From contig CAJTNA010000004.1 in the NCBI GenBank assembly GCA_910577845.1, forward strand, positions 15,280 to 79,279: 64,000 bases of DNA, written 5' to 3'. Both the position numbers and the translations under genes were made by a program. The DNA comes from an uncultured Christensenella sp. (lineage in GTDB: Bacteria; Bacillota; Clostridia; Christensenellales; UBA3700). Positions 26,481 to 37,549 of this stretch are shown here, piece by piece. The notes beneath the pieces were generated by a model that saw nothing but the letters and a program-made list of their open reading frames with translations, made no database searches and was not told where the DNA came from. Position 1 is the stretch's first letter. Each line of letters starts with the position of its first letter.

Positions 26481-29058
26481 TATTAAAGAGATAATTGGTA
26501 AAGTAAATGGTATGCAAACTTTAAAGGAAAATACTATTATTGCTTTGCAAAGGGATATCAGAGAATTAAAAAATTTAATGAAAACCATTGAAGGTGGTAT
26601 GCAAGATAAAAAATCACAAATCAAGGAGAAAGATATTCTTGATAATGTTGCTATGCCAGCAGTCAATGAAACACCAGCCCCTACACCAATTGAGGTAATA
26701 AAAGAGCAAGTGGTAATTTCTGAAACAAAGCAAACAGCTGAGGTTGCACCAGTTGTAGAGGAGTCAGTTGTTAAAGAAACTGCGGATAAAGAGGATAAAC
26801 CAAAATCTGATAATTCAAACGAACCATTTAAAAAGAATGTGTTTATTCCTAAAGAGGATAGAAGACATTCTAATAAATCTTTTGATAATCAAAATAGAGA
26901 TAATAGTTATAATAGAGATAATCATGATAACCGAGATAATAGAAATCGTGATTTTAATAAAGATGGCAAACCTAACTTTAATAAAAATGGTAAACCTGGT
27001 TATAATAAGGATAATAAAGCTGGTGGTGACAAGACAAATAAGCCATATGGCAAACCACAATTCCCTAAATATGAGGCACCGATTGCTACACCTATAAAGG
27101 AAAACACTCAAAAGAAAAAGAAATCTTTTGAGAAAGATGATAATAAAAAGCAATTGAATAAACGTACTTTGATTAAAAAGGGGTATGTTGATGGTGGCTT
27201 TGATAACTATGACGAGGATGGAGTAGTAAGAGTTCATAAAAATAAAAAAGCTAAAAAAACTAGTGATTTTACACCGAACACTGTTAAGATTGAAAATGCA
27301 GTTGTGGAAACTCAAATTATTCCAATTAAGACTTTGGCGGAGAAAATTGGTATTCAAAGTACTGAAATTGTTAAAAAGCTATTCTCATTAGGTCAACTTT
27401 GCAACATTAACAGCAGTATTGATTTTGATACAGCGGAATTGGTTGCTATTGAGTTTGGCGTTACCTTGGAGTTTAAACCACAAGAAACAGCTGAGGATAT
27501 TTTGAAACAAAACATTCTTGAGCGTGAGGTTGAGGGTGAACTAGTTAAACGTCCACCAGTAGTTACAATAATGGGTCACGTTGACCACGGTAAAACTTCT
27601 TTGCTAGATTATATACGTAAGTCAAAAATCGCAAGTGGCGAGGCTGGTGGTATTACTCAACATATTGGTGCTTACACAATTGAACTTAATGGTGAACCTA
27701 TCACTTTCCTAGATACACCAGGTCACGAGGCATTTACATCTATGAGAAAAAGAGGTGCAATGGTTACAGATATTGCTATCATAGTTGTTGCAGCCGATGA
27801 TGGTATAATGCCACAAACTGTTGAGGCAATTTCACACGCAAAGGAAGCGGGTGTTGACATTATGATTGCTATCAATAAAATGGATAAAGCACAAGCAAAC
27901 CCTAATAAAGTAATGGAAGAAATGGGCAGATATGACTTAGTTCCAGAGGATTGGGGCGGTAGTACAATGGTATATCCAGTAAGTGCTAAGACCGGTATGG
28001 GTGTTGACGATTTGTTAGAAGGTATTTTGTTACTTGCAGAGTATAAGGAACTTAAAGCAGTTAAAGATTGCGATGCAAGCGGTACAATAATTGAGGCAAG
28101 GCTTGATAAAGGCGTTGGACCTATGGCAACTTGCTTGATTCAAAATGGTACTATCAAAGTGGGTGACAACATTGTTGCTGGCACTGTAGTTGGTAAAGTA
28201 AGAGCATTGATTGATAATAATGGTAAAAAGATTAAGTCAGCAGGACCTGGTATTGCGGTATCTGTACACGGCTTATCAGATGTGCCAAATGCTGGTGACC
28301 AAGTTATTTGTGTTAAAGACGATAAACTTGCTAAGAAAGTTGCACAAGAGAGATACAACAAAGAGCGTGAGGAAATGCAAAGCAAGAGCAAGGCTCGTAG
28401 CTTGGATGATATGTTTAAAGGTGTATCAAGCGGTGAAAGGAAATCACTTGGTGTTATTATCAAGGGTGATGTTCAAGGTTCAGTTGAGGCTGTTAAACAA
28501 GAGTTCATTAAGCTTGGTGATTCAGTTGCCGATGAGAATGTTGTGCTTACAATTATGCACGCTGGTGTTGGTGCAATTAATGAATCAGATGTTATGCTTG
28601 CAGATACTGGTAATGCGGTTATCGTTGGCTTTAATGTTCGTCCTGAACCTAAAGCTAGATTGCTTGCAGAGAAAAATGGCGTTGATATTAAGATTTATCG
28701 TGTAATTTATGATGCAATTGATGATATTCAAAAAGCACTTAAAGGTATGCTTGACCCAGTATTCCGTGAGGAAGAGCTTGGACACGCAGAAGTTCGTGAA
28801 ACATTCAACATTACTAAGGTTGGAACAATTGCTGGTTGCTATGTTACAGATGGTAAGATTTTGAGAAATGCAAAATTCAGACTTATCCGTGATAATGTGG
28901 TTATTTTTGAGGGTAGCATTTCTTCAATGAAACGTAACAAGGACGAGGCAAAAGAAGTTGCTAGCGGTTATGAGTGCGGTATTGGTTTGGCAGGTTTTAA
29001 CGATATTAAGATTGGTGATATCATTGAGGCATTCATTTTGAAAGAGGAAGAGAGATGA
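26473..29058 (+). CDS. infB: translation initiation factor IF-2
   Basis: GHVDHGKTSLLD, DTPGHEAF, NKMD. The N-terminal region is low complexity (NRDN and GKPxxNK repeats). ATG at 26473, after GGAGG. Confidence 0.97.
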   Translation: MSDIKEIIGKVNGMQTLKENTIIALQRDIRELKNLMKTIEGGMQDKKSQIKEKDILDNVAMPAVNETPAPTPIEVIKEQVVISETKQTAEVAPVVEESVVKETADKEDKPKSDNSNEPFKKNVFIPKEDRRHSNKSFDNQNRDNSYNRDNHDNRDNRNRDFNKDGKPNFNKNGKPGYNKDNKAGGDKTNKPYGKPQFPKYEAPIATPIKENTQKKKKSFEKDDNKKQLNKRTLIKKGYVDGGFDNYDEDGVVRVHKNKKAKKTSDFTPNTVKIENAVVETQIIPIKTLAEKIGIQSTEIVKKLFSLGQLCNINSSIDFDTAELVAIEFGVTLEFKPQETAEDILKQNILEREVEGELVKRPPVVTIMGHVDHGKTSLLDYIRKSKIASGEAGGITQHIGAYTIELNGEPITFLDTPGHEAFTSMRKRGAMVTDIAIIVVAADDGIMPQTVEAISHAKEAGVDIMIAINKMDKAQANPNKVMEEMGRYDLVPEDWGGSTMVYPVSAKTGMGVDDLLEGILLLAEYKELKAVKDCDASGTIIEARLDKGVGPMATCLIQNGTIKVGDNIVAGTVVGKVRALIDNNGKKIKSAGPGIAVSVHGLSDVPNAGDQVICVKDDKLAKKVAQERYNKEREEMQSKSKARSLDDMFKGVSSGERKSLGVIIKGDVQGSVEAVKQEFIKLGDSVADENVVLTIMHAGVGAINESDVMLADTGNAVIVGFNVRPEPKARLLAEKNGVDIKIYRVIYDAIDDIQKALKGMLDPVFREEELGHAEVRETFNITKVGTIAGCYVTDGKILRNAKFRLIRDNVVIFEGSISSMKRNKDEAKEVASGYECGIGLAGFNDIKIGDIIEAFILKEEER

Positions 29059-29396
29059 GCAACAGAATAGAAAGAATAAATGCGGAAATTAAAAAGCAGT
29101 TAGCTCCTATAATTAGCGAGGAGCTATCTGACCCACGCATAAAAGGTTTGGTAAGCATTGTTAAAGTTGATACAGATAGTGATTTATCTACTTGCAAAGT
29201 TTACTTAAGTGTGCTTGGTGCAGATGGCGAGGAAAAGCAAGTTGTAGATGCTATTAGTAATGCAGAGGGATATATCAAAAATATTCTTAAAAAACGCATT
29301 ATTTTAAGAAGTTTGCCAGAATTAAGATTTTATTTAGATGATAGCATAACTTATGGTATAAAAATAAGCAAAATTTTAAATGATATAAATAATTAA
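29055..29396 (+). CDS. rbfA: ribosome-binding factor A
   Basis: RIERINAEIKKQLAPIISEELSDPRI. Overlaps the infB stop. Confidence 0.9.
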   Translation: MSNRIERINAEIKKQLAPIISEELSDPRIKGLVSIVKVDTDSDLSTCKVYLSVLGADGEEKQVVDAISNAEGYIKNILKKRIILRSLPELRFYLDDSITYGIKISKILNDINN

Positions 29397-29512
29397 ATTG
29401 TTGTTAAAGTGTGTTAAAAAGTGATTATTTATAATTGTAAAACATTATCAAAATAAAGAAATAAATTGTAAGAAAATGCTATTTGATAGGATTTTGGTAT
29501 ATAGAGGTTAAT

Positions 29513-30463
29513 ATGAATTTTATTGATGCTATAAAAGAGATAAAAAGAGCAAATGATATTGCAATTATATCTCACATCAATCCCGATGGTGATACTGTCG
29601 GAACTTCACTTGCTATTTATAAAGCATTGAAAATGTGTGGTAAAAAGCCATACATTTTTTGCGATGATAAAATTGTGGGTAAAATAAGCATTTTGAGCGG
29701 TAATGAAAATTATAATAAGGAAAGTTTGGATAAATATGACTTATCTATCGCTGTTGATTGTGCAGATATTGAAAGAATGGGTTGTAGCTATTCTGAATTT
29801 AAAAAAGGCAGACGTAAAATGGTTATTGACCATCACAAAACGAATAATAGATATGGAGATATAAATTTACTTGACGTAAATAGTGCGGCAACAGCTCAAA
29901 TTGCAACATTTTTGCTTGACGAAATGAAATTGTTAAATGCGGATATTGCAAAACTTTTATATAGCGGGCTTGTAACAGATAGTGGTGGATTTAGTTTTTC
30001 CAGTGTTACTGCAGATACTATGAGGGCGGGTAGTGTATTGTTGAACTTTGACATAAAAGCACACGAGATTTGTGAGCATTTTATGAAAAAAATCAAGTAT
30101 AATGTATACAAACTTAAGAGTAGAGTGCTTAATAATGCAAAATTTTATGATGACAACACTATTGGTATAATAACCTTTAAAAAAGAGGACTTTGAAGCTA
30201 CTAATACAGACAATACTTGTACTGAGGGAATAATAACAAATATAATCAATATTATAGGTGTAAAAGTTGCACTATCTATTAGTGAGGTAGGTAGTAAAAG
30301 TTATAAAGTTAGCATTAGGACTGGTGAAGACGTGGACTCAAGCAAGATAGCACTTGTATTTGGTGGTGGCGGACACAAAAATGCTGCCGGTTTAAGGCTT
30401 AGTGGCTATTACGAAGATGTGGTTGAAAGACTATTGAAAGCGGTGCGTGATGAGATATGTTAG
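29513..30463 (+). CDS. nrnA: DHH-family phosphoesterase (NrnA-like oligoribonuclease/pAp phosphatase)
   Basis: SHINPDGDTVGT, VIDHHKTN, and GGGGHKNAAG (DHHA1). Confidence 0.82.
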   Translation: MNFIDAIKEIKRANDIAIISHINPDGDTVGTSLAIYKALKMCGKKPYIFCDDKIVGKISILSGNENYNKESLDKYDLSIAVDCADIERMGCSYSEFKKGRRKMVIDHHKTNNRYGDINLLDVNSAATAQIATFLLDEMKLLNADIAKLLYSGLVTDSGGFSFSSVTADTMRAGSVLLNFDIKAHEICEHFMKKIKYNVYKLKSRVLNNAKFYDDNTIGIITFKKEDFEATNTDNTCTEGIITNIINIIGVKVALSISEVGSKSYKVSIRTGEDVDSSKIALVFGGGGHKNAAGLRLSGYYEDVVERLLKAVRDEIC

Positions 30464-31323
30464 GTGTTTATAATGTATTAAAACCTACGGGTTGGACATC
30501 GTCTGATGTTGTAGTAAAAATCAAGCATATGGTGCGTGAGTATACTGGTGATAAAAAGATTAAAGTAGGACATTTAGGTACGCTTGACCCCGCTGGCAGT
30601 GGAGTTTTGCCAGTGTGCGTGGGCAGTGCAACAAAATTGTTTGATTATTATGTTGGTATGGATAAAATTTATCGTACCACTTTTACTTTTGGTAAAAGTA
30701 CAGATACATTAGACTCTTATGGTGCAGTTGTTGAAAGCTGTAGTAATATACCTAATATTCACGATATAAAAATAGCACTAGAAAGTTTTAAAGGTGAGAT
30801 AATGCAAGTTCCACCAAAATATTCACGCATAAGTGTAGGTGGTGTGCGAGCTGTTGACGCAGTAAGGAAAGGTATTGAACTTGATATTAAAGCACGTAAA
30901 GTTAAAGTGTATAGTATAGATATTTTAAATTATAATAGCGGTGTTTTGACGCTGAATATTCATTGTTCTGGTGGAACATATATACGCAGTATTTGTCGTG
31001 ATTTGGCGGAAATGCTTGGAAGTTGTGCGTATATGTCAAGCATTATAAGATTACAAAACAAAAGTTTTTGTATTGAAAACGCAAAAACTTTAGATGAAAT
31101 AAATAGCGATATTGTTGGTACTATCATAACTTTGGACAAGCTATTTGAGAATATGCAAAAAGTTAATTTAACAAGTGATAAAGAAAAAAAGCTTTTAAAT
31201 GGTGTAAGAATTGCAAAACAAGGCATAAATGGTGACTATATTATTGTTATTGAAGATAAGATTTTTGGCATTTGTGCAGATGTTAAAGATTATACAGAGG
31301 TAAAAGTTAGGTTATGGAACTAA
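30457..31323 (+). CDS. truB: tRNA pseudouridine(55) synthase
   Basis: GHLGTLDPAGSGVLPV contains the catalytic Asp motif. Confidence 0.95.
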   Translation: MLGVYNVLKPTGWTSSDVVVKIKHMVREYTGDKKIKVGHLGTLDPAGSGVLPVCVGSATKLFDYYVGMDKIYRTTFTFGKSTDTLDSYGAVVESCSNIPNIHDIKIALESFKGEIMQVPPKYSRISVGGVRAVDAVRKGIELDIKARKVKVYSIDILNYNSGVLTLNIHCSGGTYIRSICRDLAEMLGSCAYMSSIIRLQNKSFCIENAKTLDEINSDIVGTIITLDKLFENMQKVNLTSDKEKKLLNGVRIAKQGINGDYIIVIEDKIFGICADVKDYTEVKVRLWN

Positions 31324-32207
31324 TTGATTTTAAACAAAAATTTAAAAAGCCTATTTGTTTGAGCCTTGGTTACTTTGATAGTGTACATAATGGGCATAAA
31401 CTATTACTTTCAAAGTGTGTTGAAAGTGAGTATTTGCCAGCGGTGTTCACATTTAAAAATAACCCTCAAAGTCAAATTAGTGGTATGTCAAAACAATGTT
31501 ATACCTTTGAGGAAAGATTGAGAATTTTTGAAGATTTAGGTTTACAATTAGTTGTATCTGGCATTTTTGATAAACAATTTATGAAAATGAGTGGCATAGA
31601 GTTTTTAAATACTTTGACTAATAATCTAAATATAAAAAAAGTTGTTTTTGGAACAGATTATTCTTGTGGCTTTGGAGCGGAATATAAAGAGAAAGAAGTC
31701 GCTCAATATTTTGAGAATAAAAATATCAAGGTTGAAATTGTAGATTTATTAATGACTAACAATGGCAAAATTGCTTCACGTGATATAAGAGAACTTTTGC
31801 GTAATGGTGAGATTGAAAAAGTTAATACTTTATTGCCTTATTCTTACTTTATGTTAGGTGTAGTGGAAAAGGGACGAAATGTTGGTGGAAGTGTTTTGGG
31901 ATATCCAACTGCTAATATACCTTATCCGCACGACAAGGTGGAAATGAAAGCTGGTGTGTATAAGACTTATATTTATTTTGATAACAAAAAATATTTAGGT
32001 CTAACTAATGTCGGGGCTCATCCTACATTTGACGATTACAATTTTAATTTGGAAAGTTTTGTTCTTGATTTTGATGGTGATTTATATGGTAAGAGCATAA
32101 AAGTGGAATTTGTGCAATATCTGCGAGGAGTGTTTAAATTTGAAAATTCCACTCAATTAAAAGAGCAGATTGATAGTGATGTTAAGCGTATACTTGCAGG
32201 AAAATGA
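31314..32207 (+). CDS. ribF: bifunctional riboflavin kinase/FMN adenylyltransferase
   Basis: GYFDSVHNGH N-terminal FAD synthetase motif. The C-terminal kinase part has GYPTANI and RGVFKFENSTQLKEQI. Confidence 0.9.
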   Translation: MELIDFKQKFKKPICLSLGYFDSVHNGHKLLLSKCVESEYLPAVFTFKNNPQSQISGMSKQCYTFEERLRIFEDLGLQLVVSGIFDKQFMKMSGIEFLNTLTNNLNIKKVVFGTDYSCGFGAEYKEKEVAQYFENKNIKVEIVDLLMTNNGKIASRDIRELLRNGEIEKVNTLLPYSYFMLGVVEKGRNVGGSVLGYPTANIPYPHDKVEMKAGVYKTYIYFDNKKYLGLTNVGAHPTFDDYNFNLESFVLDFDGDLYGKSIKVEFVQYLRGVFKFENSTQLKEQIDSDVKRILAGK

Positions 32208-32252
32208 ATCTTGCAAAAATAATATTTAAAATATAAATTGAAGAGGTGCTTT

Positions 32253-33107
32253 ATGATAAAATTTGGACCTAGTGGAACGGGTAGTTTGTTTGAGGAAGAA
32301 GGCTTTACAAAAACTATAGACGTACCAAATTGGTTAAAAGAAAAAGGACTTGATTTATACGAATATTCCTTTGGTAGGGGTGTGCGTATGAGTGAAGGTA
32401 CCGCAACGGCTTATGGTACAGAGTTTGCAAAGCAAGGTATAGAGATTTCTGTACACGCACCTTATTTTATTAACCTTGCAACTGCAGAGGAGGAGAAAGC
32501 ACAAAACAATCATAGATATATAAAAGAAAGTTTAATTGCGTTAAAGCAGTTAGGTGGTAAACGTTGTGTATTCCACCCAGGTTCACCACTTAAATTGCCA
32601 AGAGTTGAGGCAATGGATTTGCTAATGCAAAGGCTTGATACTTTGCTTTCTGATTTATATGATAGTGGTTTAAATGATTGTATGCTAGCTATTGAAACAA
32701 TGGGTAAACAAGCTCAACTTGGTGACGTGGACGAAGTTATTCGTATGGTATCACGTGACAAAATGCTTTATCCTTGTATTGACTTTGGTCACCTAAATGC
32801 TCGTACTGGCGGTAGTTTGAAAAGCTATGACGATTATAAAAGGGTGCTTGAAAGATTTATTGAGGGTGTTGGTTATGACAAAGTAAATAATATGCACGTA
32901 CATTTTTCTAAGATTGAATATACCTCAAAAGGAGAGGTTAGACATTTGACATTTGAGGATAATGTTTATGGTCCCGACTTTGAACCGCTAGCAAAAGCTT
33001 TGGTTGATTTAAACTTAGAGCCGTATATCGTGAGTGAGTCTGCTGGCACACAAACTATAGATAGTTTGTATATGAAAAATTGTTATAATAGCTTAAAAAA
33101 TAACTAA
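32253..33107 (+). CDS. TIM-barrel protein, endonuclease IV/xylose-isomerase-like family
   Basis: FGPSG...YEYSFGRGVRM...ISVHAPYFINL...CVFHPG...IDFGHLNAR resembles AP endonuclease family 2. ATG after GAAGAGG. Confidence 0.6.
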   Translation: MIKFGPSGTGSLFEEEGFTKTIDVPNWLKEKGLDLYEYSFGRGVRMSEGTATAYGTEFAKQGIEISVHAPYFINLATAEEEKAQNNHRYIKESLIALKQLGGKRCVFHPGSPLKLPRVEAMDLLMQRLDTLLSDLYDSGLNDCMLAIETMGKQAQLGDVDEVIRMVSRDKMLYPCIDFGHLNARTGGSLKSYDDYKRVLERFIEGVGYDKVNNMHVHFSKIEYTSKGEVRHLTFEDNVYGPDFEPLAKALVDLNLEPYIVSESAGTQTIDSLYMKNCYNSLKNN

Positions 33108-33221
33108 TCAAATAAAATTTAATGGTTGCAAATAGCTAATTGAATGAAATTTGATAGTTGAAAATTTTAAACATAAAATTAATTTTGCCAGTAAAATACC
33201 TTTGAAAATCGGTACTAATTT

Positions 33222-33264
33222 GAAAAAAATAAAATAATCACTCAAAATTGAGTGATTATTTTGA
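33222..33264. terminator. bidirectional intrinsic terminator
   Basis: 13-bp stem AAAATAATCACTC/GAGTGATTATTTT flanked by an A-run and a T-run. It lies between convergent genes. Confidence 0.8.
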
Positions 33265-33293
33265 TGTGTGTTAGTTATATTTGTGATGAACTT

Positions 33294-33995
33294 TTAATTT
33301 TCTGTATTATTTGCAAGCATTCTTACAGCGATAAATTTGCTTTCAAAATAAATTTCCGTTTGTGTATCTTTGTAAGTACTAATAATTTTGTTTTCCGTTT
33401 CAATAACTTGTAGGTTGTAATTGTTGGTACTACTTAGCCAGTTAGCCATTTGTGTTATTGATATATCACCTATAGCATAAAACTCATACTGGACATTGTT
33501 AAAAGTTATTTGTTTATCAAAACATTGCGTAACCAAAAATTTAGGAAAAACTATCCCCTCAACATACATATTTTCAAATATGTAATTTAGTTCACAATAT
33601 TCTTCAGTTTTGTATAATGTGGCACGAGCAATTATTTTATTGTCTTTTTTTTTGTAAAGGTATGCACCATTTTCATATAGTTCGTAATTTACAGAACTAT
33701 CATAATCGTTTGCTAGTTTGCAAAGTTCAGCAGTGGATAGCTTTGACTCAAAAACTTGACGTGAGGGAACATCTATTCCATTAATCATTTTTACTGGAAT
33801 TATTATTTTTTCGGTTGAGTAAGCATCTACAACAGTAAGTCTATTTTTAGAGGTTAAGCCACCTGCCTCAAAAGAGGAGTACCATACTAGAATAATTTCT
33901 ATAACTAATATCAAAAGTGGAACGATACACACTAATACAAAATTACGTTTTTGTTCAAGTGTAGATTTATTGTTTTGCATAATTTTCCCCTCCAT
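33294..33995 (-). CDS. hypothetical membrane-anchored protein
   Basis: Single N-terminal TM segment (FVLVCIVPLLILVIEIILVW). I recognise no motif. Confidence 0.6.
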   Translation of the reverse strand: MEGKIMQNNKSTLEQKRNFVLVCIVPLLILVIEIILVWYSSFEAGGLTSKNRLTVVDAYSTEKIIIPVKMINGIDVPSRQVFESKLSTAELCKLANDYDSSVNYELYENGAYLYKKKDNKIIARATLYKTEEYCELNYIFENMYVEGIVFPKFLVTQCFDKQITFNNVQYEFYAIGDISITQMANWLSSTNNYNLQVIETENKIISTYKDTQTEIYFESKFIAVRMLANNTEN

Positions 33996-34338
33996 AAATT
34001 TATTATAACATTTTTAAGTACCATTTGCAAGATTTATAAGAGATGTTGACAAATTAATATATTGAATATGTTAGATTTATTTTATAAATATCAGCTTGTG
34101 TTTACATTGCTAGCATAATTGTTGAAGTAATTTTTATAGTTTAACCTATTTTTTAGAGGTCGCTATGTTAAAGAATAAATAACAAATTGTTTTTTTAATT
34201 ATTTTGCCTTACACTTTTTACATAAGAAGTCAACTATGCTTGCAACTATCTCTATAAGAGTATAAAAAATTATAATCATTATATATAAAATATAAAAAAA
34301 ACATTTACAAGTTAAAAAAAATATGTTATAATGCTTTT

Positions 34339-35412
34339 ATGGTAAGTTTAGACAAAATTTTTGATAAGTATAATTTGGATGGAATTTTGATATCAAATAA
34401 CTTTAATGTAAAGTATGTCAGCGGTTATTCTGCCGATTATTGCTTTGTATTGATTACCAAAAAAAGCTGTTATTATTTTACTGATGGCAGATTTTTGATT
34501 GAAGCTAATAGAGATTTGGAAAGTTGTTTTAAAGTGGTTGAGATTACAGCACTTTCCGCTGAGGAAATTATTTGTAAAACTATTAAGGATAACAAGTTAA
34601 AGAAGATTGGTTTTGATAGTGACCTTAGTTATTGTGATTATGTTTTTGTAACAAAAAAATTGCTTAAAGCTTGTAAAATGTTTGATATTACAAACGATTT
34701 GTTACAAATGCGAGCTATCAAGAGTGATAGGGAAATTGAGTATATAACTAAAGCTCAACGCATTGCGGAAAAGTCTTTAGAACAAGTAAAAGTCCTTATA
34801 AAAGAGGGTATGACAGAGTTGGAACTATGTGCCAAACTTGAGTACTTTATGAAAATTAATGGTAGCTTAAAACCTAGTTTTGATACCATTGTAGCTTTTG
34901 GTGAAAATAGTGCTATTGCACACGCTAAGCCGTCAGATAGGAAACTTAAAGTCGGAGATATTATTTTAATTGACTTTGGTGCTACTTACAATGGATATTG
35001 TTCGGATATGACAAGGACATTCGTTTTTGGTAGTGTCAGTGAAGAGATAGAAAAGCTTTACAATATGGTGCTTGGTGCAAATGAGATTGCAATAAGCAGT
35101 ATGCGTTCTGGCATCCCACCACGTGAGGTGGATAGGGTCGCAAGGAACTATTTAGATTTATATAGAATGTCGTCATATTTTAACCATTCTTTAGGACACG
35201 GCGTAGGTCTTGAGATACACGAGTATCCGACTTTATCGTCAAGAGTAATGACAGACGACAGATTGCAAGACGGAATGGTTGTCACCATAGAGCCTGGGAT
35301 ATATATTGAGGGGCTTTGCGGTATTAGAATTGAGGATATGATTGTGGTAAAAGGAGCAAATGCTATTAACTTAACCACTTCAAATAAAAATTTAGAAATT
35401 ATTAATAATTAG
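34339..35412 (+). CDS. pepP: Xaa-Pro aminopeptidase (M24B)
   Basis: [34 protein letters not shown]. Confidence 0.88.
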   Translation: MVSLDKIFDKYNLDGILISNNFNVKYVSGYSADYCFVLITKKSCYYFTDGRFLIEANRDLESCFKVVEITALSAEEIICKTIKDNKLKKIGFDSDLSYCDYVFVTKKLLKACKMFDITNDLLQMRAIKSDREIEYITKAQRIAEKSLEQVKVLIKEGMTELELCAKLEYFMKINGSLKPSFDTIVAFGENSAIAHAKPSDRKLKVGDIILIDFGATYNGYCSDMTRTFVFGSVSEEIEKLYNMVLGANEIAISSMRSGIPPREVDRVARNYLDLYRMSSYFNHSLGHGVGLEIHEYPTLSSRVMTDDRLQDGMVVTIEPGIYIEGLCGIRIEDMIVVKGANAINLTTSNKNLEIINN

Positions 35413-35428
35413 TTTACTGGAGGTAAAT

Positions 35429-35992
35429 ATGGCTACAATTTTGGCTGGTGATTTTCGTAAGGGAATTACTTTTGAAATGGATGGAAAAGTAATGGTTATC
35501 GTGGAATTTTTACACGTTAAACCAGGTAAGGGAGCTGCTTTCGTTCGTACAAAAATAAGGGATGTAATTAACGGCGGTGTTATTGAAAAAACTTTCAACC
35601 CAACTGAAAAATTTGAACTTGCTCACATTGAGAGAAAAACTCTTGAGTATTTGTATACTGATGGTGAGTTGTACTACTTTATGGACCAAGAAACTTACGA
35701 GCAAACTGCACTTAACCAAGAGAGTTGTGAAGACGCACTTAAGTTTATTAAAGAGAATATGACTGTTGATATAGAGTTTTATAAGGGTAAAGCATTTTCA
35801 GTTAGTGCACCAAACTTTGTTGAGTTGCTTATCACTTATTGTGAGCCAGGTGCAAAGGGCAACACTGCTACTAACGCTACTAAACCAGCAACTCTTGAGA
35901 CAGGTTATATAATCCAAGTGCCATTATTTGTAAACGAAGGTGATACTATTCGTATTGATACAAGAACTGGAACTTATATGTCAAGAGTTTAA
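35429..35992 (+). CDS. efp: elongation factor P
   Basis: [20 protein letters not shown] contains the modified-Lys loop. Confidence 0.96.
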   Translation: MATILAGDFRKGITFEMDGKVMVIVEFLHVKPGKGAAFVRTKIRDVINGGVIEKTFNPTEKFELAHIERKTLEYLYTDGELYYFMDQETYEQTALNQESCEDALKFIKENMTVDIEFYKGKAFSVSAPNFVELLITYCEPGAKGNTATNATKPATLETGYIIQVPLFVNEGDTIRIDTRTGTYMSRV

Positions 35993-36003
35993 TTTTTGTA
36001 ATA

Positions 36004-36040
36004 AAATAACTGCAAGTATCATTAGCTTGCAGTTATTTTT
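36004..36040 (+). terminator. intrinsic terminator of efp
   Basis: 13-bp stem AAATAACTGCAAG/CTTGCAGTTATTT, then TT. Confidence 0.8.
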
Positions 36041-36420
36041 GATATGTAATTTTATCAAGAGCTTTTGAGATTTGTAAAATGAGTTTGTTGTATTACTAGC
36101 GTGTGAATACTTTAGTTTATGTTGCATATAATTTGTTTTTTCTATAGTAAGTTGTATTTACTTCATCAACAAAAGAAAAAGGTAATCATTAAATGTCCAC
36201 ATTGTAGTTGCAAGTAAAATTATGCTATTGTGCATATTCGCTATAGTTTGTTTTGCGTGTGTGGCAGTAAATTGTTTAATTATTAATGTGGATTAATTTA
36301 GGTATTAAAATTATTTGTTTTTGATAGTAAAATATATTAATAAACTTGATAAACAAAAAAATGTATGTTTAAGTGAGAAAGTTTGTAAAAGATAAAATGT
36401 AAAGGGATTTTATTAGGTAT

Positions 36421-36912
36421 ATGAGGATATTAGGTATTGACCCAGGGTATGCAATCGTTGGGTATGGTGTAATTGATGTGGAAAGAGGCAATTATTCACT
36501 AGTTGATTATGGTGTTATTACTACACCAAAAGAAGAAAGCACTCCAACACGATTATGTATGATTGAAAAAAGTTTGATTAAGTTAATTGAGCAGTATCAA
36601 CCAGACAATATTGCATTGGAAGAGTTGTTTTTTGCAAGGAACACTACTACAGCAATTACTGTTGCAGAAGCAAGGGGAGTTTTGCTTTTAACGGCAACAA
36701 AATACTGTGGTAATCTTTATGAGTACACACCTTTGCAGATTAAGCAAGCAATTACGGGATATGGTAAGGCAGACAAAAACCAAGTACAACAAATGGTTAA
36801 GATGATGTTAAAATTAAAAGCCATTCCAAAACCAGACGATGCAGCAGACGCTTTGGCTGTTGCAATCACTCACGGACAGACGAACAGAATGTCTAATATG
36901 TTTAGAATTTAA
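36421..36912 (+). CDS. ruvC: Holliday junction resolvase RuvC
   Basis: MRILGIDPGYA, ALEELFF, DAADALAVAITH. Confidence 0.92.
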   Translation: MRILGIDPGYAIVGYGVIDVERGNYSLVDYGVITTPKEESTPTRLCMIEKSLIKLIEQYQPDNIALEELFFARNTTTAITVAEARGVLLLTATKYCGNLYEYTPLQIKQAITGYGKADKNQVQQMVKMMLKLKAIPKPDDAADALAVAITHGQTNRMSNMFRI

Positions 36913-36946
36913 GTAAAATAATTTGCAATCAAGTTGAGGTGATTTT

Positions 36947-37540
36947 ATGTACGCATTTATCAGTGGTATAATAGATTATATAGACCCTAACGGGCTTGTT
37001 GTTGTGGATAACAATGGTATTGGTTACAATATTAATGTATCTTTAAATACATTATCCGAGTTGCCGTCTAAGGGGGATAAAATTAAGCTTTATACTTATA
37101 CGCATATTAAAGAGGATGCTTTTTCTCTTTTCGGTTTTATGAGTTTAAACGAAAAAAGTATGTTTGTCAAGTTGATAGACATAAATGGTGTCGGACCTAA
37201 AATGGCTTTGGGTATTTTGTCGGGTATATCCGCACCAGCACTTGTTGTTGCAGTTGCAAATAATGATGTTAAAAGTTTGTCCAGCATTAAAGGCGTAGGC
37301 AAAAAGACTGCTGAGAGAATTATACTTGAATTAAAAGAAAAGGTTGGTAATATTGAGGGTGATTTACTTGTCAATACTCAAATTAATATTTCAAGTTCAA
37401 AGGAAATAAATGATGCGATTGAGGCTTTAGTTGCGTTAGGAATAAGCAAAAATGATGCGATTAAGGCAGTGCAAAAGGCAAGTGAAACTGCAAAAGATAC
37501 TAATGCTATCATTACTCTTGCATTGCGTAGTATGGCATAA
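36947..37540 (+). CDS. ruvA: Holliday junction branch migration protein RuvA
   Basis: MYAFISG..., the HhH motifs INGVGPKMAL and IKGVGKKTAERI. Confidence 0.92.
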   Translation: MYAFISGIIDYIDPNGLVVVDNNGIGYNINVSLNTLSELPSKGDKIKLYTYTHIKEDAFSLFGFMSLNEKSMFVKLIDINGVGPKMALGILSGISAPALVVAVANNDVKSLSSIKGVGKKTAERIILELKEKVGNIEGDLLVNTQINISSSKEINDAIEALVALGISKNDAIKAVQKASETAKDTNAIITLALRSMA

Positions 37541-37549
37541 GGAGTTACT

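Noticed and set aside
26768-27357. Alternative-frame ORF (26768-27097 +) and antisense ORF (26815-27357 -) in the 5' part of infB
   Set aside because: Both are artefacts of the low-complexity, AT-rich N/R/D/K repeat region of IF-2. The translations are runs of I/L/K.
28211-28705. 164-aa + strand ORF in another frame inside infB
   Set aside because: It is fully embedded in the conserved IF-2 C-terminal domains, with no RBS or motif.
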